Positions 24,036-36,829 of a DNA stretch of 64,000 bases are shown one piece after another. The number at the start of each line of letters is the position of its first letter. Position 1 is the first letter of the stretch. A model generated the notes under the pieces. It made no database searches. It saw only the letters and a list, made by a program, of their open reading frames with translations, and was not told the DNA's origin. The DNA is from Octopus vulgaris. Lineage: Eukaryota. The translations under genes were made by a program, and so were the position numbers. Location of the stretch: the NCBI GenBank assembly GCA_951406725.2, contig OX597815.1:192510001-192574000 (forward strand), read 5' to 3'.

Positions 24036-24875
24036 TGTGTGTGTATATGCATGGTATGTGTGTATATGCATGATATGTGTGTATATGTTAGTACTTTGTT
24101 TGTGTGTGTGTGCGGCATGTAGAGATATATTTGAGTGTGTACGCTATAGGTTTGTAATTTGTGTGTGGGGGTGTGTGAATTTTTTATATATATATATATG
24201 TATGTGTATGTGTGTGAAAAAATATATGTATGTGCATGTATGTATGTATGTGTGTATATATATATATGTGTATATATATGTGTGTGTGTATGTGTGTGTG
24301 TGTGTATATTTATTTGCTTGTTTATGTGTGTATAAACATGTACATTATTTGCATGCGCATTGTGTATATGTATATTGTATGTATGTGTATTGTATATGTA
24401 TGTGTACAATTAAGTGTATATATGTGTGTGTATGTGTGCATTGTATATATGTATATTGTAGGTGTGCTATATATGCATGAATACATGTATGTGCATTGCG
24501 TGTATATATATGTATACATTGTGTATGTATGTTATGTTTGTGTATATATATATTATATGTATGCGTACGTGTATGTACTGCGTATGTATATTGCATGCAT
24601 ATATTGTGTATGTATATTACTTACATGCTGTATGTGTGTATTGTATGTGTGTATATATATGCTAGGTGTATTTGTGTGATATTTATATTATGTATGTATG
24701 TGTGCGTGTGTTGTGTGTGCGTGTGTGTGCGTGTGTTGTGTGTGTATGTGTGTTATATATAGATACATATTATATTTGTGTGCTGTGTGTATATGTGATA
24801 TATGTGGGTGCGTTGTGTGTGGGTGTGTGTGTTCTGTGTGTGTGTTGTTTGTATGTGGTGTGTGTTTGTTTACTA

Positions 24876-24912
<37 letters not shown>

Positions 24913-25574
24913 GACAAACAGACGCTATCTGACCAGCGGGCACGGACACATCTATTCACACCCGCATACTAACCTCCTGATAACCCCAAAATCATTCATG
25001 CATAAAGGGGAAGTATACACCACATTGGCTACTTCCTCTGTTCTCTCAGTTCAGCCTTTCTGCTAATACCGACAGGTCAGTAAAAACATATTCTCGCCTT
25101 GTACTTAAAATATTCTGAGATGTATAAAAAATCCATTTTAATTTTTGCTGTCAAAAGGCTGTATATATATACCAAAGATTGTATATATATATACATGTAA
25201 TGTGACAATTTGCGACAACCAATAATTAACGCAACCAATTCCCAATAATATATTTGTTTTATCCTTTTCTGCCAAATTTTCCCAAATATTCTCATCACAC
25301 TATTGAACTTCTCTGTTACCAAACACTATATTTATACATGTAATGTGACAATTATGTATAAAAAAACACTTTTGACAAATTCATAATATCCAATGTGACA
25401 ATTATGTAAAAACTTTTTTGAATGCATAATATTCAATGTGACAATTATGTAAAAAACTTTTTTGAACCCATATTATTCAATGTTTCCTTAAATGTAACTT
25501 TTGACAATCTTTTACCAAAGAGTGAAACCGGTTAAGTAAATAAACATCGTTTAAATTGCATTTTCAAACCTTTT
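23892..25574 (+). repeat. PLE pseudo-LTR, inverted right arm
   Basis: Inverted copy of 18658-20580; the same spurious ORF (MVTEKFNSVMRIFGKIWQ...) appears on opposite strands at 18957 and 25322. Confidence 0.93.
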
Positions 25575-25614
25575 TTCTTATATAATCCCACTCGTGCGAT
25601 ACCCCACAACTCAA

Positions 25615-25674
<60 letters not shown>

Positions 25675-25925
25675 TAGTTGAATGAATTATCTTAGTATGG
25701 ATAATTCGGTTAACCGGTACCTGGGTAGCAAATTCACGTCAGAAAAACACGGTTGAAGCTACATGCCAAGGGCAGAGATCACGTGCTTTCGTGTGGAAAT
25801 TTGTGTGTTTTTTTAATACAAATAAATGCACCCCTTATTCCTTCAAAATTAGGAATATGCAGCCTTCGAAACAGATGTCGAGAATAAAGGAATTTTGTTA
25901 AATCGTCGTTCAACTCCATTCTTTC

Positions 25926-25988
<63 letters not shown>

Positions 25989-27094
25989 TACATACATTAC
26001 ACATATATATGTTCCAACTAAAACACTCTTTTGATATGATAGAAAAGTGAATACATAACTCAAAATATTGTCTTTGGCAAGTGTTTGCACTTGTGATTTA
26101 TTTATTGTCATTGGTTTTGCTAATTTAATTGGAAGCTGTTTTCATATTCGTGTAAACGAAATCTCTTCATTTCCAGAAGAAAAGCGACTCTTGGAATAGA
26201 CACGACTTTTCTGCCATGAAGACGGCCAGTAATAATTTTCGCTTGAGTAAATTTTGCTCCAATTTCTTGAATAACTAAATGTGTAGCGTTACACATCTTA
26301 TTTGATTGGTCGGCTGTATGCAGAAATGTTACTTCAGCGTTATTCTTTCATTTCAATCTGTCTGATGTCAGGTCGAATAGATTTTGATTATTTAAATATT
26401 TCACATGTGAATTCGGAATTGTCATTTTAATCTGAACATCTATCATGGCTGAACAATGTACTGTTTGATCTCCCGGAAACTTGTTTAATATCTCATCATT
26501 GATTAAAACAACATGGACACTTCTGGAACTAAAACAGAAATTTTACAAAATTGTTCATGCTCGGCAATGAATTCCTGCATGACATTTTCATTGAAAACTA
26601 AAGTGAAGTTCGATGACTCAGCAAAACATATTAAATTTTTCTCGAATTTTAATTTCCCCATTTGTTTCTTCAAGTTCAGTACCGTTTCCTGCAGGAAATA
26701 AAGTCATTGAATCAAATTAACCGTTTTTGCTACTCTGAATTTTCTGGATATAATTTAAGTCGCATGTTTTATGTCAGTTACCGCTTTTTGACATGTCTCC
26801 AATAATGATGAATTATTAAAACTTGCGTCGACAAATTTTGCTCTTTTGCAACGTTTGATAACATCTTGTCTAAAATCCCTACCAAAAAAATGAAAAATTA
26901 TAACATCTCTGAAATGGATTTCTTAATGCCTTGATTTTTTCATTAGCTCTTGTAATGTTTAATCCAATTCTTCAATGGTGAGACACACTGGCACTGAGAC
27001 GGTTACGATGCGTGTTCTAGTTGATCCGATCAAAGGAAAAGCCTGCTTCTGAAATTAACGTGCGAGTAGCCGAGCATTCCACAGACATGCGTAC

Positions 27095-27510
27095 CTATTT
27101 CTTTACTACCCACAAGGGGCTAAACACAAAGGAGACAAACAAGGACAGACAAACGGATTAAGTCGATTATATCGACCCCAGTGCGTAACTGGTACTTAAT
27201 TTATCGACCCCCGAAAGTATAAAAGGCAAAGTTGACCTCGGCGGAATTTGAACTCAGAACGTAACGGCATACGAAATACCTATTTCTTTACTACCCACAA
27301 GGGGCTAAAAGAGGGGACAAACAAGGACAGACAAACGGATTAAGTCGGTTATATCGACCCCAGTGCGTAACTGGTACTTAATTTATCGACCCCAAAAGGA
27401 TGAAAGGCAAAGTCGCCTCGGCAGAATTTGAACTCAGAACGTAACGACAGACGAAATACCGCTAAGCATTTCGCCCGGCGTGCTAACGTTTCTGCCAGCT
27501 CGCCACCTTG
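27095..27510 (-). mobile_element. Family B SINE dimer nested in an older SINE (~26985-27720)
   Basis: Two bodies flanked by gcgtac. Confidence 0.8.
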
Positions 27511-28299
27511 CGTACTCTTAACGTAGTATTCAGTATGACACAATGTGACAAGGCTGGCCCATTGAATTACAGGTACAACTCATTTTTACAAGATGAGTGG
27601 ACTGAAGCAATGTGAAATAAAGTGTCTTTCCCGAAGACACAAAGCACCGCCGGCGATCGAACTCACAACCTTATGATTATGAGCTGAATATCGTAACCAT
27701 TAAGCCAAGCGCCTCCACACGTTGAGACAAGATAAACAATGATGTCGGCTCCAATGATACAAGTTCCATATTTTTTTGTTTCAGTCATTTGACTGCGGCC
27801 ATGCTGGAGCACTGCCTTTAGTCGAACAAATCGACCCCAGGACTTATTCTTTGTAAACCTTGTACTTGTTCTATCGGTTTTCTTTTGCCGAACCGCTATC
27901 TTACGGGGACGTAAACACACCAACATCGGTTGTCAAGCGATGGTGGAGGGACAAACACAGACACACAAACATATATATATACGGTGGGCTTCTTTCAGTT
28001 TCCGTCTACCAAATCCACTCACAAGGCTTTGGTCGGTCCGAGGCTATAGTGGAAGACATTTGCCCAACGTGCTACGCAGTGGGACTGAACACAGAACCAA
28101 GTGGTTGGTAAGCACAGTATTGAAATATTGCATATACTGTAGTGCACCATTAACTACACTGAATAGAAGATCTAATGAGTTATGAGCCGTTTCTTCTCTC
28201 ATTTGCAGCAAATTACAAAGTGGGGTTTGTAATTGAAAATATGTCGTTCTTTACGAAAATAGACTTGTGCTGGAATGACGGTTCTGTCATATGTCTCTT

Positions 28300-28523
28300 A
28301 AGGCGGCGAGCTGGCAGAAACGTTAGTACGCTGGGCGAAATGCGTAGCTGTATTTCGTCTGCCGTTACGTTCTGAGTTCAAATTCCGCCGAGGTCGACTT
28401 TGCCTTTCATCCTTTCGGGGTCGATAAATTAAGTACCAGTTATGCACTGGGGTCGACGTAATCCGTTTGTCTGTCCTTGTTTGTTCCCTCTGTGTGTAGC
28501 CCCTTGTGGGTAGTAAAGAAATA
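28300..28523 (+). mobile_element. Family B SINE monomer (others at 1144-1374, 34520-34745, 38721-38949, 43838-44072, 45926-46146, 47413-47559, 57783-58015)
   Basis: TSD catatgtctctt at 28288-28299 and 28524-28535. Confidence 0.88.
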
Positions 28524-29354
28524 CATATGTCTCTTCACTCAACCCAAAAATTAAAAAAATGCCTTATACATAAGTAATACGTTGTTAATAAAGAAAACAA
28601 GGACCTCTATCACCGTCACTATCGGTCCTGAATGACCATGGAATTGCACCCAGAAAGTTACCCTCCGAGGTACAAGTCCGGGCAAGGTTGTTTGTTGAAG
28701 ACCAGCAGTCGCCCATGCAAACCAGCCTACCCTCTTCATGCCACCGATGTTATCCAAGGGAAAGGCAAAGGGGCCGATATAGCTTGGTACCTGTGACGTC
28801 ACAACTCATTTCTACAGCTGAGTGAACTGGAGCAACGTGAAATAAAGTGTCTTGCTCAAGAACACAACATGCAGCCCAGTCCGGAAATCTAACTCAATAC
28901 GTCATGATTGCGATCCCGACGCTCTAACCACTGAGCTATGCACCTTCATTGTTCCTTCATTGCTGTTAAAACGCTTCTTTTAGCTTTTATTTGTCTGTTA
29001 TTAGCCTGCGACCGTGCTGGAGCACCGCCTCGTAGAATTTTTAGTCGAATGAATCAACTTCAGTACTTATTCTGTAAAACCTTCCACTTATTCATTCGAT
29101 CTTTTACCGAAATGGTAAGGTACGAGGATATAAACATACCAACACCGGTTCTCAAGCGGTGTTGGGCGACAAACAGACATAAAAATATGCGCGCGCATAC
29201 ACATACACATACACAACAGACTTCTTTCAGTTTCTGTTTATGAAATTCACTCGCAAGGCTTTGGTCGGTCCGAGGCTATGGTAAATGACACTTACCCAAG
29301 GTGCCACACAATGGGACTGAACTTGGACCCGTGTGGTTGGGAAGCAAGCTTCTT

Positions 29355-30965
29355 TATTTTATGATATTCGCTATTACAGCCTTACAGAGAGGGGACAGCA
29401 CATGGTGGGAATAAAAAACAAAACAAAACGAATGACAAGGTTGAATTAGATATAATGGAAAATGAAATGAAGCTGTTCGTCTCTACCTCCGAGCAACTTC
29501 ATTGAACCTATTAATACAACTTTTTTTTTTAAAAACCACTAGTTAGTAACACCATTAGCAACAGCTAATTTCCATTCTTCCGAAGGATGTTTATATTATA
29601 TTTCTTTAAAATCTCATAAAAGTTTACCCGTTCTAGCATTGTGCTGGTGTCTATTTTCTTGGCCCACCACCCAGAGTCATAGTCTTCCTCAGTCCAATCT
29701 CAAGAGATATTCTGGCTCTGCCACCACACAGCGAATGCACTTGGGCAACCCCTTTACTCCCGTTACATCCACTTTTATCACTCTGCCCCACGAGCCTATC
29801 ACATTGTACAGTTCTTCATTTTCTCCGCTGTACAGTATACCATTTTTCCAAGGTCGAAGGTAGGAAAATTTGGGGCTCCCCTGTGCTTGTCTTTATGTCA
29901 GATGGGGCATGGAGAAGGTTGGTGTCTGTAGGGAGGGGTTGGGATAAAGTGGGGTAGGTGGGAGTCGGGTGAGTGTGGAATGGGGATCATGTAAAACGTG
30001 TGCTTTTTTTCTTTTTTTCCCAGCCGTTTCCCATCCGTTCTTTTCTTCATTCATCTCTTCTTCGACGCTAGTACTGGTTTTCGTCGGTGGTGAAGTCAGT
30101 TTCCTTCTCACTCACGGGTTTCTCTAGTCTTCACGGGTGGTGGAGGACAGTCCGCACTAATGTGGTCTGTGGGATCCTTCCTTCCACTGTGAGTGTTACG
30201 TCTCCGACTGTGATGGTCTCGACCACGTTTTCGATGTCTTCCGGGGGCCGCCTGTACTATTATGTCTAGGCTCTGCCCTTGCCAATTCCTGTTGGGTGTT
30301 CTGGTGGCCTGTAGGACCATTACTTTCTCCTCCATGCCCAGCAGTATGGCAGCTACATCAATTTCTGGGGGTGCATCTCCCAAGGTATACGGGTAGCAGC
30401 ACCGCTTCATCTGTCTTTAACGGTGTTGCTGAGTGCAGCCTGGCAGTAGCTACCTCCCGAAATTGCACCTCCACTGTTCCATACTTTCTTCTTCTGGCAA
30501 GGTAGGAAATCTCTTGCCAGATTGGTTTTCAACTTGAGCCATCGACATGACTTCAATTTTCCCACTTGTTATCCGAGTACGTCCTGTAAATTATAGTTTT
30601 TCATTTTTTTCTTTTAAGACTTCTTCGGGACGGTGGGGGGGGGGCACTTTCACTTCGTTCCCCTCCCTTTTAATCATTTCTTTGAATTTACTCAATTCCT
30701 CCACAGACACACACACAAGTCTTCGCTGCCTCTGCACAATTTCTTGTCTCCATCACCTCGTCAATTCTTTTCAGACTTTTCACCAACTCTTCCGCAGACG
30801 ACACAGTCTGAAGAAGAAGAAGAACCCAAACCCTCGCGCTCCACCACACACCCACGACGCTCCCCCATCAAACAAGAGGGAGGACTTCGCACACCACCGC
30901 TGCAAGACTGCCAAACACACGTGTTCCACACAAAGACAGCAGGTTCAACAATAATCAATATACCA
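29355..30965 (-). mobile_element. ORF1-only L1/Tx1-like non-autonomous element with 14-bp TSD
   Basis: TSD gaagcaagcttctt at 29341-29354 and 30966-30979; decayed ORF1 (KYGTVEVQF, LPVYLGR, HISADCP knuckle remnant, GWETAGKKRKK); tail ends aataaagaa. Confidence 0.7.
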
Positions 30966-31029
30966 GAAGCAAGCTTCTTACCACACAGCTATGTCTGCGC
31001 CTTTCCTGTTGACTTATTTTTAATTTGTA

Positions 31030-31424
31030 CTAGCAGTATCACCCGGCGTTGCTCGGGTTTGTTTCGACCCTTTAGAATTGGAATTTTTGAAAAGTAAAAA
31101 TTTTGCATTATGTAGCTTGTTATTCTCTTTAAGTGAACATTTTTCTGGTTGAAATACACCGGAAAATGGCGACACAGCAGTAAAAAAAAATCGTAAAAAA
31201 TAGAGATTTTCATAGAAAAAAAAAAGCACCTTTTTTATGTAAATAAGTTTTGGTGTTAACATGGTCCGATTTGAAGTTTTTCTTCTTCGGAAGGATGAGC
31301 AAGCCTTCTTCTATCATACTCTCAATTTTGGTCAACTTGCACCGCGGGGGCTCGGAGGAGATAGTGTTAGTTGAAGGCTACCAAACCTGCCATACACAGA
31401 CAACTTCAGTTTTATATATAGAGA
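31030..31424 (-). mobile_element. Non-autonomous Helitron
   Basis: Same termini as 50130-50646 in reverse, different interior. Confidence 0.8.
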
Positions 31425-32753
31425 AATTACAGGGACTTTAAATTTCAAAGACCTCAAGAACTATTTCATATTAGCCGTATTAGTGCTGCCATGGGTTGAC
31501 AATTACTCGAAATGGATTTATTTTCTTATAAAGGGAAAGTTTACGAAAATAAACAAAAGACTTAGGCAGGTGGAGTACAAACAAACAAACAAATGTATTA
31601 GTGTAGCGCTCAGGAATAGAAAAAGTCTTTTATGTTTCGAGCCTACGCTCTTCGACAGAAAGATACACAGAAAAAAACAAGGAGTCGAAGTTCTTCTCAT
31701 TGTGCTGTGGAATGGAACCAATGATTTCAGGAATCCCTAATACATTTCTGCCATCATACAAAAGCCCTTTTGACTCTGCAAGATTTCAGTAAAGATAAAA
31801 CAAACAAGCAAATCTGTTGTAGTTGATGTAGTATCACAAAGACGTGGTGATTCTCCATTTTCTGATAGTGTTCACTATCATCCTTTCCTAAATTCATTTT
31901 CATTGAAGCTTCTTTTTAAGTAGCGCAAATGTCATCATTAGCAATTTTCGTTCCATGATGTATTTCACGGACTATGATGGAACGAAGCTCTCAGATAGAA
32001 GCGCTCTTGAACTTTTGTCCAAACAAAATATATGCATCAAATGGAGTGGGTGTTGTTTTTCTTTCATTCTACATTTCGTTGTATAATGCCCATCTGTAAT
32101 TCCCAGGGAAATCAAGAGAGTAGATGCAATTATATGCTTTGTACAATGTAAGCGATACATGCTTCACTTTCAGCCGTTAAGTAAGAGTTCGGTTTCTTTC
32201 TTTTTTGTTTCTCAGTAATCTATTTAGTTCCTTCGTCATCAATGAAACACATTGTTGTTTGAACAGGCTGATATGAACCATGTAGCTTAAACCCCCAACA
32301 TATTTCACGCGACTTCGGATGCTGAAGTAGGGAAAACAGCAGCTTTTAATATAATTATCACTTTCATTTGCTTTGCTTCTTGTTTCTGAACATCCATTCC
32401 CGTTGAAATTATCACCGAGATCAATGGCCATTATAAAAATATCTGCTGAAAAATATTTTTACTGATCAAACAGTTGTACATACTTCTTCAACACAATGAC
32501 CACTATATTTCACACTGAAATACAAAAAATATGAAACGACTGTCAGATTATCGAAATACACTTTTGATTTGCCGAAATTTGAACCAATAATTCATTATAT
32601 TCCGGCATCTATAATGCGAAGAATTCTTTGGATATTATTTTTGACATCAACCTGCATGGAAACAGTTTGGTTATCTCTCATCACTGATTGTGCAGCATAT
32701 TTTAAGTAACAGTTTTAAATAGTCTTAGCTGCGTTTCTGGATCAAGTAGTTCT

Positions 32754-33367
32754 TATTTCTTTACTGCCCACAAGGGGCTAAACACAGAGGTGACAAACAA
32801 GGACAGACAGACGGATTAAGTCGATTACATCGACCCCAGTGCGCAACTGGTACTTAATTTATCGACCCAGAAAGGATGAAAGGCAAAGTCGACCTCGGCG
32901 GAATTTGAACTCAGAACGTAACGGCAGACGAAATACCTATTTCTATTTCTTTACTACCCACAAGGGGTTAAGCACAGAAGGGACAAACAAGGACAGACAG
33001 ACGGATTAAGTCGATTATATCGACCCCAGTGCATAACTGGTACTTAATTTATCGATCCAGAAAGGATGAAAGGCAAAGTCGACCTCGGCGGAATTTGAAC
33101 TCAGAACGTAACGGAAGACAAAATACCTATTTCCATTTCTTTACTACCCACAAGGGGTTAAGCACAGAGGGGACAAACAAGGACAGACAGACAGATTAAG
33201 TCGATTATATGCGCCCCAGTGCGTAACTGGTACTTAATTTATCGACCCCGAAAGGATGAAAGGCAAAGTCGACCTCGGCGGAATTTGAACTCAGAACGTA
33301 GCGGCAGACGAAATACTGCTAAGCATTTCGCCCGGCGTGCTAACGTTTCTGCCAGCTCGCCGCCTTT
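32754..33367 (-). mobile_element. Family B SINE trimer
   Basis: One head plus three bodies; TSD ggatYaagtagttct at 32739-32753 and 33368-33382. Confidence 0.88.
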
Positions 33368-33862
33368 GGATTAAGTAGTTCTGCTGATACCAACTTATCT
33401 TCTTTTGCATGTAACTTATAAATCCTTCTTTATTTTGATTAACACACGGAAAAGAGGTAGGACACGTTTCTCAAACTCTGTACTCCACGTCTGACTTCTC
33501 CATGAACGTTCTTTTCCACTGTATCCTTTAATGAATCCTTAAATTTCGCAGAGAAGACCTCATTAAATCTGGTTCATTAGCGATTGTTTGTACCGAATAT
33601 AACACAATTTCTTTCCAGCTCTAATTTCACATGAAAGTAATAACGAAACTCAATTTTCGTAATTTTCATTCAATTGCTATAGTTTCCAAACTAGGCGCAG
33701 GAGTGGCTGTGTGGTAAGTAGCTTGCTAACCAACCACATGGTTCCGGGTTCAGTCCCACTGCGTGGCACCTTGGGAAAGTGTCTTCTGCTATAGCCCCGG
33801 GCCGACCAATGACTTGTGAGTGGATTTGGTAGACGGAAACTGAAAGAAGCCCGTCGTATTTT

Positions 33863-33898
<36 letters not shown>

Positions 33899-34269
33899 TT
33901 TGTGTGTGTGTTTGTCCCCCTAGCATTGCTTGACAACCGATGCTGGTGTGTTTATGTCCCCGTCACTTAGCGGTTCGGCAAAAGAGACCGATAGAATAAG
34001 TACTGGGCTTACAAAGAATAAGTCCCGGGGTCGATTTGCTCGATTAAAGGCGGTGCTCCAGCATGGCCGCAGTCAAATGACTGAAACAAGTAAAAGAGTA
34101 AAGAGTAACTGTGTGGCGAGAAGTTTGCTTCCCGGCTACATGGTTCTGGGATCAGTCCCACTGCATAGAAACTTGGGCAAGTGTCTTCTACTATAGCCTC
34201 GGTTCTAGCAAAGCCTTGTGAGTGCATTTGGTAGACGGAAACTGAAAGAAACCCATCATATACATATAT

Positions 34270-34338
34270 TACCTGAAGATTGACTGTAACCATAACTCGA
34301 ATTATTACGAATTGGACAGCCATGAAACGATCGTAGTG
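34270..34338 (+). ncRNA. Hammerhead ribozyme with extended stem II
   Basis: TAC-CTGAAGA-[tgactgt...acagcca hairpin]-GAAAC-GATC-GTA-GTG; palindromic stem III ACGATCGT. Confidence 0.7.
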
Positions 34339-34470
34339 TTTTACTCATTATCTTTTATTAAACTTTTAATAATTTTGATATATATTTAGAATAATATAAA
34401 TTAATTAATTTTACGTATTTTAAGTTTTTCATTGTTTGATTTGCCTAATAGTGGTTTTATCTCTAATTTA

Positions 34471-34524
<54 letters not shown>

Positions 34525-35363
34525 CTTTACTAAGGGGCTGAACACAGAGGGGACAAACAAGGACAGACAAACGGATTATGTCGATTATATCGACCCCAGT
34601 GCGTAACTGGTACTTATTTATCGACCCTGAAAGGATGAAAGGCAAAGTCGACCTCGGCGGAATTTGAACTCAGAAGGTAACGGCAGACGAAATACGGCTA
34701 CGCATTTCGCCCGGCGTGCTAACGTTTCTGCCAGCTCGCCGCCCTAATATATATATAAGTACCCAGTAAACTCTGTTAAGTGGTTGGCATTAGGAAGGGC
34801 ATCCAGCTGTAAAAACCGAGCCAAAACATGCTTTGGAACCTGGTGCGGCCCCTGGTCTTGCTAGTTCTTATGAAACCGTCCAACCTATGCCAGCATGGAA
34901 AACGGGCGTTAAATGATAATGACATATGTCTGTGTGTCCTCGTGTCTGTGTTTGCCCCACCACTCCACCCTTGACAACCGTGTTGGGGTGTTTATGTCCC
35001 TGTAATTTAAGACTTGATTCGGCAAAAACAATAACAAAAAACAAACAAAAAAAAGTAGTGGGGGTTGATCTATTTGACTTATAATTCTTCAAGGCGGTAC
35101 TCCAGCATGGCCACAGTCTAATGACTGCAACAAGTAGAAGATAAAAGATCCATCGAGGAGTAACACAATAAGACTTATCATTTAACCGACATTAACCACG
35201 AGATCATAAATAGCTTGAGACGATTCAGCGGTAAATTGATTTTGGCTAGATGTCATCCATTACAGTCTAATTCCTTCAATTCTAGAATAAATATCATCGT
35301 AATATTTTGGGGCCTGAAGGGCCGGACAAGTAAAAGTATTTGAAAGCATTTCACATACCACGT

Positions 35364-35411
35364 GTAATAATAAAGATAATAATAATAATAATAACAATAA
35401 TAATAATAATG

Positions 35412-35476
<65 letters not shown>
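35364..35476. repeat. (TAA)n microsatellite
   Basis: Direct inspection. Confidence 0.95.
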
Positions 35477-35479
<3 letters not shown>

Positions 35480-36267
35480 GCCATTTTGTGTGATTTTGTT
35501 TTAGATTTTGTGGCCACATCACATGTTAAACCAACTTTCCATTCCCTATCATTAAATGGCAAAGGCACTGGAAAATGCTTCGTGTCATAATTTGGATGAA
35601 TAGATTTTATTGCCTGAAGTGAAGCCTCTGCTATGAGACACCATTTACGTGGCCTAATAAGTCGTTTCGGCTATAGGGTTTCCAAATTACTAACAAGGCA
35701 TGTAATTACTGCGATTTCTTCTACAGTGGGTGGATTGTATCTTTGGACACTCAATCTATGAAACTGTTTATTTTCAAGAACATCCATTGAAAATTAGTGA
35801 CTATTAACTGTATTTATGTATTCTTCGATATTATCCTAAAACAGTTACAAACTAGTTATCTTGTAACGTCATTGCTTCAAATAATTCTATGATACGTCTG
35901 TCTGGTGTGTTGAAGTACTTGAATCCTTCATGCCCGTTGATATGCTGTAAGATATTTCAGCAAAACTCGGTTTTTGATTTCCAGATCAACTTAAATTTAT
36001 AGCTTATCAATGAGACATTAAATCAATTTTAGGAGAACAGATACTTTGAACACTTTAATAGTTCCTACTTCTGGAAATGTAAAAAGCAAATCCTGAATTA
36101 CGAAGCTTTAATGTGAGTTCTAAAGTTAATACAATTTGCATTAAAATTAAAAGTTCTTCGTTTTGGAATGGATCAGAATCTGGCGATAGTATCACCCGTC
36201 CCTTACCACAGCTCAAATTGGACTTCGGGTATGTTTTTCAACAGCATGAAATCCTGTTCTTTAACTA

Positions 36268-36829
36268 TTGGGCTGTCCGGAAAGTTCGCGCCGATTTATA
36301 GTAGTTCGACTTATTTTAGAACATGATTAAGTCCATAAAATAGAATTTGACTACACCTCCATTTAGAGCACAGTTTAAGCTATCTTTTCGTGGAAGAAGG
36401 TTTATGTTCCTATAACCTGTGTTAATTCTGTAATCCTAAAGTAAGTAAAAAGGAAGATAAGAAAGTTCATTTTCGGCACTCGATGCTTTGGGAACCAGAC
36501 AAAAATTGCTGCAGCTCAGCTGGGATGTGTTACCCCACCCTCCATATTCACCAGATATTGCTCCTTCGGATTTCCACTTATTTAGGTCTCTGCAGAATAG
36601 TCTTAATGGTAAAATTTTCAATTCCTTGGATGACGTAAAAAGATACCTTGAGGAATTCTTTGCCATGAAACCACCTCAATTCTGGGAAGAGGGTATTTTC
36701 GAATTAAAAGATGGAGAAGCATTGTGCAACAAAATGGTTCATATTTGGTTGATTTAAAATGTAATGGCAAGTATTTATTGATCTTTTTCTTTCCTTTAAA
36801 AATCGGCACGAACTTTCCGGACAACCCAA
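36268..36829 (+). mobile_element. Internally deleted mariner element
   Basis: TIR ttgggctgtccggaaagttcgcgccgattt / aaatcggcacgaactttccggacaacccaa, TA on the left; WDVLPHPPYSPDIAPSDFHLF motif. Confidence 0.9.

Larger units (their letters stand above)
18658..25574 (-). mobile_element. Penelope-like retroelement (GIY-YIG type, Neptune-like) with inverted pseudo-LTRs
   Basis: RT and GIY-YIG coding core between two long inverted copies of the 3' region; both outer ends run into or close to (TA)n tracts; degenerate HHR motif near each outer end. Confidence 0.92.

Noticed and set aside
23582-24409. 275-aa ORF in frame with the RT as an N-terminal extension
   Set aside because: Mostly pLTR microsatellite; separated from the RT ORF by several stops (23582, ~23547, ~23508); the adjacent frame is the continuous one
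35253-35568. Poly-Tyr and poly-Leu ORFs
   Set aside because: (TAA)n repeat
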